64,000 nucleotides of DNA from Trichoplax adhaerens (GCF_000150275.1 NW_002060952.1:1041095-1105094), one strand, 5' to 3'. Shown: positions 46,609 through 60,232, counted from the first letter of the stretch. The notes: a model not told the origin generated them from the letters alone. Translations and numbers: made by a program.

Positions 46609-49600
46609 TTAAGGTAATGATTTTAGCAATTTTTCAACGTCCGGAGTGCAAACCAGTCTATGTTTAATTGGGCCTAGATTGATTACATAGCCATCATTTT
46701 CCATAGCTTTTATTGATGCTAGATCCTGATTAAAGACAATGGAATCCTTGGTATGATATAGGATTATTCGATTGATTTAAAAATTGCAGTACCTGCAAGA
46801 AATCGCATCTTGTTCCGGATCTCAGCTTGTAAGGTATATTTCCAATTACCAGACTGACAATGTATTACAAAAATGGATATAAATAATACTGGTCTTTTCT
46901 TAACTGTTACGCAGTCATAACGACATCGATATTTTCGTAATGATAACAGGATTAAGCTGTGTTTACTAACCTAGTTTTTCCTGATCGATGAATTTGCAGC
47001 TTGCCAATCAACCCATCCTTTGCATTTCGAAGGCTTGAAAGATTAGTTTTATTTTCTTCCGTTGTATCCTGTAAAGAAATTACTACCAGTATTATCATCG
47101 TGAACAAGAGTACTTTGTAATTAAACTTACGCATTTGACAACATTAAGAAAATTCATAATGTATTTATGGTGCATCGAAAATACCTCACTCGGACTTGCT
47201 TGGGCGATTAATGGTAACATATCAGGCAGTTGGATTAATAGCAGACTACCATTATCGCATTTTGTGGACTAAAAAATATAGACATAATAATTAATTTCTA
47301 CGAAATTAATATAAGTCAACCATTAAATTGGACTCTACTTCATAATATGAGTGTGCTCTTATCACCTCTTTCACTAAAATTTGTGCAGGAGTGATATCGT
47401 CGGTTAGCTTTGATTTTGTCGCGGAATCTTCTTGCTTCACTAAAATACTTTTTTCTTTCCCTTTTCGACACCTTGAAAGTGGTAATTGTATGGGTAGAGT
47501 GCGGGTATTTTCATTGAAAGTCTGTCGTGAATAGTAAGCACACTGATTTAGAATGCTATCACACACTTTTTGGCGGGGTTATAAAAAAAGTTGGCTCTAG
47601 CACTAATTGTGGTTCAAATAAATAAATATGGCGTTACAAAACTTGCATTATTTGAACTATCTTCATCGTCAGAATATGCATTTTCGAAGCTATCTATGTC
47701 CATTTCCTCTGTCTTAACCGTAACTTTATCGGAGGAGCCTATTAATAATGAAAGTCAGATTTCTCATAACTCCAATATCTAGTATGTATTACGTTTTCTT
47801 TACGGCGCCATATTACCCCTGGTAAACATCTTGGCATCGGCAACGGTTTCCCTATTTTTTCGAAAGGAAAACACAGTTGGCTGCGATGTCACATTCCTGC
47901 TAGAGGTGCTTAAATTTGAATGCTGTTTGAGATTGCGATTCTGACGTGTCTCTTTGGACAACGTGGTCTTTTCCTTAAGGATTTCTTTTTTGGAGGGCTA
48001 TATTAATTAGGATAAATCAAGTTTGTTAACAAGCAATCATCTTCAAAAGAGAAACTCATTTAGACAGATTAATAATCAAAAATATGCAATTTAACGATAG
48101 CTATAGACTGTTGATATATCGTACCTCAGCGCTGGCGGGATTGATCGTAGATTTAAAGTAGAATAAAGAAATAGATTTAGAAAATTGTATAACATGGTAA
48201 TAAAATATCGCGCAGCTATTAATTATATAATTTATAATGTAATATTGAGAACAACGTGTCATCATTTTATATTTAAAATTTCTACAGTTGGAATAGATCT
48301 TGCATTATTCGAGCGCTTAAAGTTTACAATTAACAGTTTATGTTAATTTAACGTATTCCAGAAGTGAACGACTGTAATGCTGCATATTGAATTTAGAAAA
48401 ATCAAACTTCGAATACTTGAAGTGTAGCATAGTGAGTCTCCATTATTTAATGTATACTAACTAGCATTGTATACTTACAGATCTTGCGCAATAAGCGCCA
48501 TACGAGTAACTCACATATTTCAATATTAGATGATAGCTACCTAGTATTAGATGCATTCGCGGATTTCGTAGCTCTTTCATTGTTTCTGGAAGGTATCACC
48601 GGCGTAAAAGTTTTCTAATTGTTATTAGTATATAAAAAAATTAGGTAGAATGAGCTAGAATGTTGGACGGTCGTATTGTCAGCTCAAGATATTTGTAGCT
48701 ATATTACCTATAAACGATGTAGACAAATAGGACATGCGCATCGTGTGATATTAAAGTCAATGCAATATTTCTCTAGTGAACTTTGCTATATGAAATAATT
48801 AAGTTCAGAAGATGTGCCTCTGAGGTCGTTCGGTATCGAGTGAATGCATATAGACTCTATATGCAGTAATACCTTACGATATAATATAAGCACAGTGCAT
48901 AACGGACTGTGCCATTTACAGAGTAAGTTAAGGCTGCTATGAAATATTGCAAGACAGTACAACTTAAGTGACGTAGCAATTGTAATGTAGCATTTTGTTG
49001 ACTACTTGGTAATTTATTGGCCATACAATTATAAATTTAATACTATGTTGAAGTATGTAACTGATATGAAAGTTAAAATTATCCGTATTGAGTAAGGACA
49101 GAATTATATGATCATATGATATGGACATAGCTTACCTTTGGAACTCCGCCCAATGTTAAATCTCTTGCCGGTCTTATGGAGGATAGTCTACGACTGAAAG
49201 CAATATTTGAAAAGTAAGTACTACCGTACTGTACTGCACAGGAAATATGATCTATATACATACAGCACTGTAATGGTATTTGTCAATGTAAATCATGCAT
49301 GAGCTAAATAGCTATCACGATTAACTATGTTATTACTGCTGTACAGTATACAGTATATCGGTAGTTGTAGTAATGGTGCAAAAATACGCATATGAGACAG
49401 ATATGGCAATCATTGACTTCGCAAATGTTTATAGTATTAGCTATTGCAGAATAAATAAATACTGTAAGTTGAAATATCGATAGATTACAATTGAAATAAT
49501 TTTAGCGTCAAGTCGTAATGGTCATGAATCAACAAGCGACAATACTATACGTATCATCTATTTAGCTATAGATGATTTACACTTTGCATGGTAGTATGAA

Positions 49601-50239
49601 TTGATGAGGATGATAATAACTATTCGTAAATCATTGGCTTAGTTTATGCACAGCTTGACGCACCTTGTAACCGGCAATTTGGAAGCATCCGCTGAAAGAT
49701 AGTAAATTGCATCATCATTAGATTTCACAATTATTATAGCGCAAATAATTAACTTAGTACTGATAATTTTAATGCTCTTAAAATCAGTTCATGCAGTAGT
49801 ACAGAAATCAACAATACACAGTACTGTAGGTGTACACTTACTTTATTCTAATACAGTACTCTAAATCAGTCAGGATATCAGAAGGGATCACACTGCATTA
49901 TTATAAATTACTGTAATTATTGTATTATAATCAAACGCGTATAATTATATTGATTGAATCCTTTAGCCATAATATCATCTTGCATCTTTATAAAACAGGT
50001 AGCAAAGGCAATGCGAAATAAGAGACGTAATCATTGTTGTTCTACAAGTGATAAACTGCAATAATCATCTGACAAAATGTACAATTTGTGCAGCTTCTAT
50101 GTGGCTATCCGACGCGAACATGCCTGCAACACAGTTAGTAGAGTGGAGTAGGAAGTGTGCAGACTGCAGAGCAATGCTTTGCATTCTGCTCTTCAAGCTT
50201 ACTTCTTAATTATTACTTACGGTGCTCGTTGGAAGACAT
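46609..50239 (-). CDS. POLR3D: RNA polymerase III subunit RPC4/RPC53, 12 predicted exons, ~327 aa
   Basis: Exons (minus): 50221-50239, 49664-49691, 49136-49193, 48541-48614, 48125-48131, 47817-47997, 47638-47738, 47366-47521, 47185-47268, 46971-47068, 46793-46853, 46609-46725. N-terminal RLSSIRPARDLTLGGVPKKTFTP; C-terminal RPC4 domain LLLIQLPDMLP, GLIGKLQIHRSGKTRLVIG, LGPIKHRLVCTPD. The first two exons and the micro-exon are less certain. Confidence 0.85.
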
Positions 50240-50529
50240 GAATAATACAATATTGTGAAACTTGTATCAATGATTAATTTTCAATTTCTATGCAGAAGAA
50301 GTGCAGGATTCGGGTCAGCTTTGGGTTCTATAACTTGATAGTCTGAGCTTGAACAAATTTGGCTCTGTTGAGATTTGTGTACAGATATCAAAATTTGTAC
50401 TTAACTAATATACTGTAGAACGAGTATTAATGTTATGACCGATGGAGAAGAGGACAGTTCCAGTATGTACACATAGTACGGTATTGGACCAGACCAGGCC
50501 CGACCAGAGTATAAAGATCTCTATTTACG

Positions 50530-50715
50530 ATTCTGTACAGTACTGTACACTCAGGTCTGTACAGTACAGTACAGTATGCTTCACAGTATCTTCATACAGT
50601 ACTGTACACTGTACACTGTACAGTACAGTACAGTGTACAGTACATCTCTCCCGCTAAACTTTTCTCTCAACTACTGTACTGTACTCTACAGTACTGTACT
50701 GTACTGTACTCTCTG
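50530..50715. repeat. TACAG/CTGTA array upstream of POLR3D
   Basis: CTGTACAGTACTGTACAC, (CAGTA)n and (TACTG)n runs 0.3-0.5 kb upstream of the POLR3D ATG; further scattered units to ~51780. Confidence 0.88.
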
Positions 50716-52294
50716 GTATACGATGGCCTACGATACCATACCTTAATGTACAGTATGGTAATGAATCGGTATATAATAATACAGTATAATTGGATTACTA
50801 TACGCTGGATGTTGCATACAACCAGTAGCAGCCTTGTTCACCATTAAATGTTTAATGTTATGTTCAAATGGCCTAATCATAACATAATGTTATAAAATCT
50901 TGGAATACTGTGCTGCAGGCCTGCAGTAAATGGCTCGCGTTGCTGCAAGGCGCTGCTGCGGAGTATTTACTGTGCGTGTATACCGCTGCTATACAGTATA
51001 TATGACATAGACAGTATCAGGGTATCTAATGTTTGTTCCAACTTACAACAACCTTTACACAGCTACATCTGCGCCTTGCTGCGGAGTACTTACTGTACAT
51101 CATGGGCCATCGTACTGTACTGGTCCTTACAGTATGTTGCAATCATACAGTACTACTGTATATTTCTTTGACTGTTCTTATAATAAATTCTGCTAACTTA
51201 TCTGCTTTCGTTGCTTATATAAGTTATAATTAACCCTAATTAATTAATTTTAATTGAACCCCAAAACGTTCCATACTGTACTGTACAGTACAGTATTGAC
51301 TTGAGAAAGGTTCGGTTCGATTCAATACCTTTATGATCTATACTACAGTACAGAATAGAGGTTTTTTACCTGACAGACGGACAACAGTAGAAACCCTAGG
51401 ACAGTGTCTTTTAAAAATCAACAGTCGCCGGACTCGAGGGCGGGGTTCGGGTTAAGAATTTCTGTAGTGATACTGTACAGTACAGTGTACAGGTCGATTG
51501 CACTCATTTCGTGTTCAAAAATCAACCATTTGATCGGGTTTTATTGAGTTCGGGCTACGTTTTCAATCCATTTAATACTACTGCTCGTTGGAAACAGTAT
51601 GGTATAGTATATGGATACTGTCTAATTAATGAATTTAATATAAACATCTGTAACGTATAAACATGTGCGGTATAAACAGACTTGGATTTTCTTTCTCAGA
51701 GTTCTCCATATGTACACTATACACTGTACAGAACAGTACATTTAAGTACAACACTGTACTAGCACTGGCAACCCTCGTTACAAGTTGTACAATATACAAG
51801 CGACCATTTAAACACATAGAGGTAAAGAGAACAAGTTATAAAATAATCAACAAATATAGACTCTTCCAATTTCTTCCCATGTTCAAGTTGAATTGACGTT
51901 GGATATGGATTAGCGAGTACTGTATACAGTATGGCGAGAGTTGATCAAACAAGGTCGATTTATAACAAACGTGCAAACATGATCAGAGAAACCAGTTTAC
52001 AATAGTGAACAAATGTTGGGGCTTGCTTACTGTAGGTCTTTGAAGTACTGAAAGCCAAAACCAGATTTAAAACAGGGACTGCTAATTAATTAATTAATTA
52101 AAGGTCCTTTCATTAAAACTAGTACAGTGCGCCAACACTGTACTGTCCATACTGTACGTCTCTCTTGTTAGCAGTGATTCCTAATAATACAGTAGTATTA
52201 CACCGGTACTCCACAGGTTGACCTTAATCATGCCTGAAGTCCCGTTGACGCACGTGAGCTAAACTCCCTAGAGGATACGGAGGGTCTCTGGAGA

Positions 52295-52735
52295 CCTACA
52301 GTACAGTGTACTGCACACTACAGTACTGTACTGTACTGTACAGTACTGTATAATTTCGTTCCGTAACCTATGTTTTATTTATTTATTTATTTGTTTTGGG
52401 GGTTTTCTAAGCTACCTTGTACCGTACGGTCGTAAAGGCTCATACTAAAGCAGTATGCGGAACTGTACTGTACACTGTATCACCATCCTGTACAAACTAG
52501 ACCGTACACGCTACTGTACTGTACAGTCTGTACTGTATTTAAATGGTAAAATTAGTCTACTGTACAGTACAGTGTACAGTATGTACTGTATCGTAAACAC
52601 AAAAATGAGGGCAGTGTACACTGTACAGTACAGTACAGTACAATACAGTACAGTAATTTTACTGTTTACACTGTACACCGTACAGTGCAGTATGTACAGT
52701 ACTGTACTGTAAGTGCATTGTACTGTACCGTAAAG
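52295..52735. repeat. TACAG/CTGTA array upstream of MAT
   Basis: Dense (TACTG)n and (TACAG)n units ending directly before a TATA box. Confidence 0.9.
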
Positions 52736-52750
52736 TATTGTAATGAGTGA

Positions 52751-52758
52751 TATATAAA
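52751..52758 (+). promoter_or_regulatory. TATA box of the MAT gene
   Basis: TATATAAA ~30 bp upstream of a pyrimidine-rich TCTATTTCTC (52781) and ~115 bp upstream of the ATG. Confidence 0.55.
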
Positions 52759-52868
52759 GATCGCTTGGGGTGGGTGCGTGTCTATTTCTCGAATTTGCAA
52801 CGCCTTCGGAAGCGTCTATACTCCAACTTGCTCGGTTGTACTGCTATACGTAAGAAATTTCCATCGAA

Positions 52869-55800
52869 ATGAACACATCTCGTAATAGTGACCTTGGGAC
52901 TTTCCTTTTCACTTCGGAATCAGTTGGAGAAGGCCATCCAGGTATCCTGACAAAAATGAATTTATCTCTCACAACGCTGCCAATATTCCATGCCAGCACT
53001 CTCACTCATTAGAAAGGATATGTTTTTGTTGTAGTCAATGGAGTAGCGTCTGCCATGCGGCTGTATCCACGTATCCACCTACCTGTAGTGGCTACACTTC
53101 GCTCATTAGTTAGTTTATAGTTTACGTTAACTCCTTGCCTTTTTTTCAAGTAAATTCATCGCTCTACTATACTGTACATGTCATCGATGACGATGGCATT
53201 TGGCCTTTTGCATAATTAAGTTATATATAAACATATGAATTATTTTTTTTTGGCGTGACGTGGCTAGACGTGGCAGCAAAATTCATTTCAGCGTCAAGTT
53301 AACCATCACAATTTTTACTGTACTGTACTGTACAGTATGTTGGAAATGATACTTTATCTGAAAATAGCAATAAAATATTAATAGTATTTACACATTAAGC
53401 ATGGATAAAAAAACTAGGCTGTACTTCCGCGTGCAATATTAGAATGCACTCTTTACAATGATTACAACTATGGATACATTATCGAAATGTAATATTGAGC
53501 AGAGAATCTCTATCGGCATTTGCCGTCAGAGAAGACAAACTGTGAGTTTAAAAAAATTTAGACTACACTTGACTGCTGCATCATGTTAGGCCTAGTCAGG
53601 CCACCGTAAGGTACAGTTTCTGTGTTGTACGGTAATTTGAAGTACAGCTTATATTTATATGGTGTAGTTACACCCTGTTTACGGTAATGCTTCTGTTTGA
53701 CTAATTTTTAAGTTTTCTTCTCTGCGCATAGATAAAATCTGCGATCAAATATCAGATGCTGTTTTGGACGCCCATCTTGCGCAGGATCCAGATGCTAAAG
53801 TAGCCTGCGGTTAGTTCGGTTATTATTACCGAAACAGTAATTGATAGTTCCACATGCTTCTATCCGAGTAGTGCAATATACTGTACAATGCATTAACTTC
53901 TTTGCAATTAGTGTTCAATAGTAGGGCGTGTTTCCCAAACCAGTACTTAATGAGTTATCGGATGATATCAACAAATTTTTGACTCGGTAGTAATATGCAT
54001 ACTGTAGTCCTGTATTTATGATATGGCAATCATATGTTGTAGACTGATAGAGTGTAAAAGATGTGTATATGCAGTAGTATAGAAACTTCAGCTTACACAG
54101 TACGTTTATTATTATTGACAGTACTGTACAATAGAAGATATTGTCGTTTATAGTTCGTTAGGAGAAGGCAGTTGTAGCTTTTGTGCTAAATCTAGGTAAC
54201 AGATATGCAGTTCAATTACAGAAGTACAGTATACTGTAAACGCATGATGTTGTAATTATTTGATGCAATGGATGGATTAGTGTCCATTGCTTGGGAACCG
54301 TAGCTTTTTCGTCTTGATTTGGATACGTTCATATTAAAATCACAGGATACTCTTGTAAGAGTATAGCGTTTGATTGAATAAGCCTAAGGCCAAGGAGGCC
54401 ATATTGAAAGGCTTATTTAATCTAATGCTGGGCAAGTCTTTGTTGAGGTATCGCCTCTTTAATGCATTGTTTATAATATATTATTATATTCGTATAGTGC
54501 ATTGCAGTCCTGTATACAGTAATGTGGTGGAGCAGCTCTTTGTAATGATTTATTGACACTGTTATTCCAGTTCCCAGTTCATTAATTACCGGATGACCTT
54601 AAAGGGTTGACAAATGTATAACCGGTTCTGCAGTCTGTGAGCTCAGTGTAAACAGTAATTTGAACTTCCTTTTATTATTGTACGATGCTGTTTATTACTG
54701 TACTGCATTTGTAATGAGCATACGGTAAGCACGGAACAGTAAACTGTGCAGTGTGCACTACAGTCAGTGCTCACTAGTAAAAAAATAGTTCGAGCTACGA
54801 TGGTGCAACTGTACTAATATCATGTAGATGTAAACTTGTCCATGATAGAGAATTGGTAATTTTATTACTATTTCAAAAATGACGTACTGCAGTAGTCAAC
54901 TGAGCTAGTAAAGACACTATTGCAAAATGTTATTCTCTACATCAGCTTAGAATTAATCAAAGAGGACTGGCTTACGTTTTATAATAGTTCTAATTAATAC
55001 ACTAATCAAATATTGCAATAGCGTGCTAGGTCCGAGTACGGTATTGACACACGGTCACACAAGCATCTCATGCAACAGTATCCAATGTAGTGTGTATACA
55101 CTATCACAGTACGTTACCGTTGTCTTAACAACTTTTCTCCTATTGAAGGGACTTTTTCTTGTTCTCAACAAACACGTGATCGACGAGTACGCATTACGCA
55201 ATCATAGGGGAGATGAAAGAAAGAACTCTTTACCTGTACAGTACAATATAGCATACGTACTACAGTACTTTACATCGTGTCATACAGTACACCACGGACT
55301 ACTAGAAGATTACTGTAATGTACAGTACTGTACTGTGGTCAATTTCTACTATATTGTACAGTAAAATACGTACAACCAGTAGTTTCTACTATCCAGTACA
55401 GTACTGTAGCACTTCTAGTTGTGCATGCGTAGTACTGTACTGCACCCTACAGTGTATAGAACGTACAACCAGTCGTTTCTATTGTACTGTACACTGTACA
55501 GTACTGTGTTGGTACTGTCACTACCATTCTCATCGTGGCATACTGGACACTACTACAGTACGCTTAGCACAGTACCGTTCTGCAGTCAAAATTCTCGCGA
55601 CAACAACTTGCCATTTTGTATATAATAATGTTGGTGATCTCACCAATCATGTCTATGGTGTAAAAACAGGGATGTTGCATTAGTAGACTGGCTTTTTGGA
55701 CCAACAATGTCAGCGTCTGTAATTACTGTACTTATTCAAAGTAAGAATAAAGGCTGACTCTATTAAGTTAAGGTAAATGAAGAAGCGATCACTTCTTCCC

Positions 55801-58244
55801 CACAGTACTGACCCTTCATTGCCTCCAGGCATAGCATAGAAGTGGTACATGCAAGTATGCTTTATTGCGTCATATTCTGGTAGCTCATGACTACTGACTA
55901 CTTCGAGACGAGTGTTTTAATTTAAATTCATTAATGCAAGTAAATATGCGATAGCATGAGCAATGAACACAGCGATCTACTGTGCCCAGTATAAGGGATG
56001 ACTTGATAATCATGATCAGGAACGTAGTGCTGTTGTACGTCAGATTACATGTTAACCTGTGTCAACATGATAGTAAGAACACATGTGCAATAATGGCGTT
56101 GATAGCTTAATTAAGATTGTATGGCCAAATATTTTACAGTAACTAAAATCGTAACAATACCGTAATGTTAATACTATTGTATGTTATGAATATATGCAGA
56201 AACCGTTACTAAAACTGGCTTGGTAATGGTCTGTGGTGAGATTACTTCTAAAGCTGTAGTAGATTACCAGAGAGTCATCCGGAGTACAATTGAGAAAATT
56301 GGATATGACGATTCTGCAAAAGGTTCGTACGTAGTACAGTATCAAACTACTAATACTGCTTGTTGAAGAAATGATTATTAGATGATAGGATCAATACCTT
56401 TTTACAAGTTTATTAGGATTGCAAATTTATTCAAGTAATCAATTGTATTTTTAGGCTTCGATCACAAAACCTGTAACGTTTTGGTGGCTCTAGAAGAGCA
56501 GAGCCCAGAGATTGCCAAGTCTGTGCATTTGAATAAAAGTCCAGAAGAAATTGGTGCCGGTGATCAGGTACCGCACTGTATAGAACCCATCATCACAATT
56601 GTTATAATTTCACTTTTGGATAAAGTCTTTGAAGGTTTATTACCTTTCTTTTAAAAGTGCAGCAAGCAACTTGCAAGAAGATTTGTGTCTCATATGCTTT
56701 TATATCTTTAAAAGGGAATGATGTTCGGCTATGCTACCGATGAGGCAGAAGAATGCATGCCTTTGACTTGTGTTTTAGCTCACCAGTTGAATCAAAAGAT
56801 GGCAGAGTTGAGACGTAATGGAGTCGCTTCTTGGCTACGTCCTGATTCTAAAACCCAGGTAATACTGATCGCAGTAAAAGTAGATATTTTGCTATGTTGA
56901 TGTTTTATACTAATTGTAATATTAGCAAATAGTCAACCTTTTTTTCAAGAATGGATGTCTGTCTAATTTACATCTGACTTAGGTTACTATTGAATATCGG
57001 GATGAGAATGGGGCTTGCATTCCATTACGCGTTCATACTGTTGTCGTTTCCGTACAACATTCCGAATCGATGTCTGAAAGAATGGACGATCTGAAGAAAT
57101 TGATTATGGAAAAAGTTATCAAAGTAAGTATATACATAAAATAATAACTATTGATTAAGTATTATAATAGAATAACGCCTTAATATTCCACATTATCACG
57201 ATACTCTTAGGCAGTAATACCTGCAAAATATATAACGGATGAGACCATCTATCATATCATGCCTTCTGGCCAGTTTGTGATTGGTGGCCCTCAGGTAAAT
57301 CGTTTATCCTCAAACTAATTCTTCAGTTACAAGCAATAAAATTGAATATCGATTTTTAAAAACTAGACAATACCTCATTCTTCAAGAGACATAATATTTT
57401 ATGAATTTTTATCATGAATTTTAGGGAGATGCCGGTTTAACAGGACGTAAAATTATTGTTGACACCTACGGCGGTTGGGGAGCCCACGGTGGAGGAGCTT
57501 TTTCTGGCAAAGATTCTTCAAAGGTTGATAGATCGGCTGCTTATGCTGCGCGTTGGATAGCTAAATCTTTAGTTCATGCCAAACTATGCAAGAGAGCACT
57601 CATTCAGGTTAGTGATTTGTGACTGATTTGATGCTATAAATTTTGTGTACAGTTCAAAATTTTACGATAGCGATTAGCACTAATAATATTCATGTATAAC
57701 TGTTAATGCAATTTTTCTAGATATCATATGCTATTGGCGTTGCCGAACCACTATCTGTTGCAGTTTGGCACTATGGTACAAGCAAGAAGACTACTGCAGA
57801 GTTGTTAGAAATTATTCACAAGAATTTCGATTTGCGGCCAGGCTGCATCGTACGGTATGTGCCAATTTTTTTTTATTTGTACATGTACGTATATTATAAA
57901 TTCTAAGGAGGCTCTTTGGTATATTACTTCATTTTTAATCGAAAATGGAACTGTTATAATTTTTGTATTTAGTTAATTAATGCACTATATCGGAATGCCT
58001 ATTTTAATTAATTAATAAATTTCTATTTACTGAGATGTTGTATAGGCATTGAGGAGGTGCGCTATGTACAATACTCGTATTAATAGGGTACTTTGACGAT
58101 AACTAATTTTATTATTCGCTTGTGATTTAATATTATCACAGTGACCTCGGATTGAAGAATCCAATATTCCAAGAGACCGCCAGCTATGGTCATTTCGGCA
58201 GGAATAAATTTCCATGGGAGAAGCCAAAACAACTAAATCTTTAA
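52869..58244 (+). CDS. MAT: S-adenosylmethionine synthetase (methionine adenosyltransferase), 10 exons, ~391 aa
   Basis: Exons 52869-52941, 53732-53809, 56200-56322, 56455-56567, 56715-56858, 56983-57123, 57211-57294, 57425-57607, 57721-57854, 58142-58244. Motifs: [89 protein letters not shown]. Confidence 0.97.
55230..55575. repeat. TACAG/CTGTA array inside MAT intron 2
   Basis: Same pentamer units, plus a direct repeat CGTACAACCAGT.GTTTCTA at ~55369 and ~55462. Confidence 0.8.
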
Positions 58245-60232
58245 AGTTTCTTTCAAACGTGCAAGCATCCAAGTATCGATAAACAAGCCCTAGCTAGTAC
58301 TTGGTGCTTTGTGTGGCCCATGTTTTTACTCATCTCGAGCTTTCGTATTGCACATTAAATAATCACTAGATAGCAATTAAGAGCAATGTGAAGTTAGTTA
58401 CGCATTGGTAATTTTTATAATATATTCCTCTTTTGCTGAGACGTTTTTTGTAGATAAGATGAGCCTGTCAGCTGGCAGTTTGTCTTTGAAAGAATAAAAT
58501 ATACTACACGACTTATTTACTATTAAATGAAATTTCTGCTGGCTTAAAAAGTTTTAATGAACAGTACTACATTCGAAATCTTACTTCTGAGCCCCATGAT
58601 CCTATGCGCTACAGGATGGCTCAGAATGCCTTCCGGATCGGTAACGTCTTTCGTTATCGATAACTTTCAAAGTACAGATTTGTTACAGTGTATGACACTG
58701 TAATATTGAGATTAGAGTAGAAATGTCTATGTTAGGATAATTCTATTGGTTTACCCTTACTTAGTGAGTTTCTAGTTTAGATATGTGGTGTTTTAATATA
58801 GCCTTAGCTTTCATGGCAGTGATATGCATACATGCAGCATACTGAAATTAGTAGTTAAATTAGGGAATCGAGAATAATCTTCTTACAATTTAAACCCCTG
58901 TGATTGTAACTTACTTATCGTAGATTATCGTGGAAATATTCCGTGATAGAACATATTGTAATTTGACTGTGTTGTATTAGTCATTAGATGTCTATGTTCG
59001 TAAATACAGCGTCTTCATTAGGTAGCAGTAGGTAAAATTAGCTTCTGATGCATTAGAAGGTTTCAACGTTATTACTAACCAGGATCTCTAAACTATTGTA
59101 AAAGAGTATGTATATGCGGCATATCGTATAATAAAGTTCGTTCTTAAGGTTAGTGTTTAACGTAAAATACGATGCGTCTAAGTCTTTGTGTAGTCTACTA
59201 GTATAGAAAAAGTGTTCCTAATAAAGTAGATATTGCTCCTTGATACGTGGTTTAGGGAATCGACTTATTGATAGTACATTACGTTATCTTGTTGCAAAGC
59301 TATTTCATAACAAGATTATTAATAGTATAGTGGCATAAATTTTTACACTCAGGTAATCACGCTTTCGATGTTACAAGACCAATACCAAGTAATAGTGTTA
59401 GCTTAGTGTAAAGACACTGCTAATAGCGAAGTTGCGGGGCTATAATGGGTTGAATAATTATTACAATGAATACGTCATAGCAGAATTTTTGTATCCAAGA
59501 TAACGCGATCGATAGGTTACTAAAAAAGTGCTTTGCAAGCACAAGTACGGATGACGTACTATTACCGTTAGATTATCAATTTAATTTTTAAATCGTCTTC
59601 AAAGATGTTAGGATCATATCTTACATAATAAAAATCATATCAATTCTATGCAAAGTTGATTATGAATTGAAGACAAAGTACTGTAAGGATAACGATTAGA
59701 ATACAGAGGCAGAAAACCCAAAGGTTCTAACATACATAAATCTACAGTGATCAATGTGGCTCAAAGCAAAAAGCGAAATTTGATACAACTACTCAAGTAG
59801 CTAACATATCAATGAGCTATTTCTGCATTCTGAGATGAAATCAAAACTTTTTATATATTTTTGGAACAATTGCACAGCACAAAATGGATTCATTGATATA
59901 TCAAAGTTAATAAATTATGTGAGTGTCTTAATCAGAATAGGCGTAAAACAGTAATTCGTTTTGTGATCAATTCACTGTCGCGAAATACGTGCACAAGGAA
60001 TACAGAGTAATCTATAGCGTAAATTATCCTTGATGCCAGATACGTCCTCCAAACCGAGTTGTGCAAATTTTAGTTTACTTTATCGTAGATTTTTGAAAAT
60101 ATGTACTACTAGTCTTTATAATGCTGATTTGATAGTACGAAAATTATAATACAGAATGCTAACTGTTAATACTACTCCATCTTTAGCCAAGATGTTCAAA
60201 GAGTTTAAAATTTACTTCATTACAAACTTGAA

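Noticed and set aside
52942-52950. MAT intron 1 donor GTATCCTG as a U12-type intron
   Set aside because: One mismatch to GTATCCTT and no TCCTTAAC branch site near the acceptor; a U2-like CTAAT and pyrimidine tract are present instead.
55655-55683. GVKTGMLH* in MAT intron 2 as a duplicated or mutually exclusive copy of exon 3 (TKTGLV)
   Set aside because: Similarity covers only about 4 residues, an immediate stop follows, and there is no suitable acceptor.
59700-60160. TACAGAG/TACAGAA motifs as METTL16 sites or U6-like sequence
   Set aside because: About 1.5 kb beyond the MAT stop, in the presumed MOB1 3' region on the opposite strand; none matches the full UACAGARAA nonamer or U6 context.
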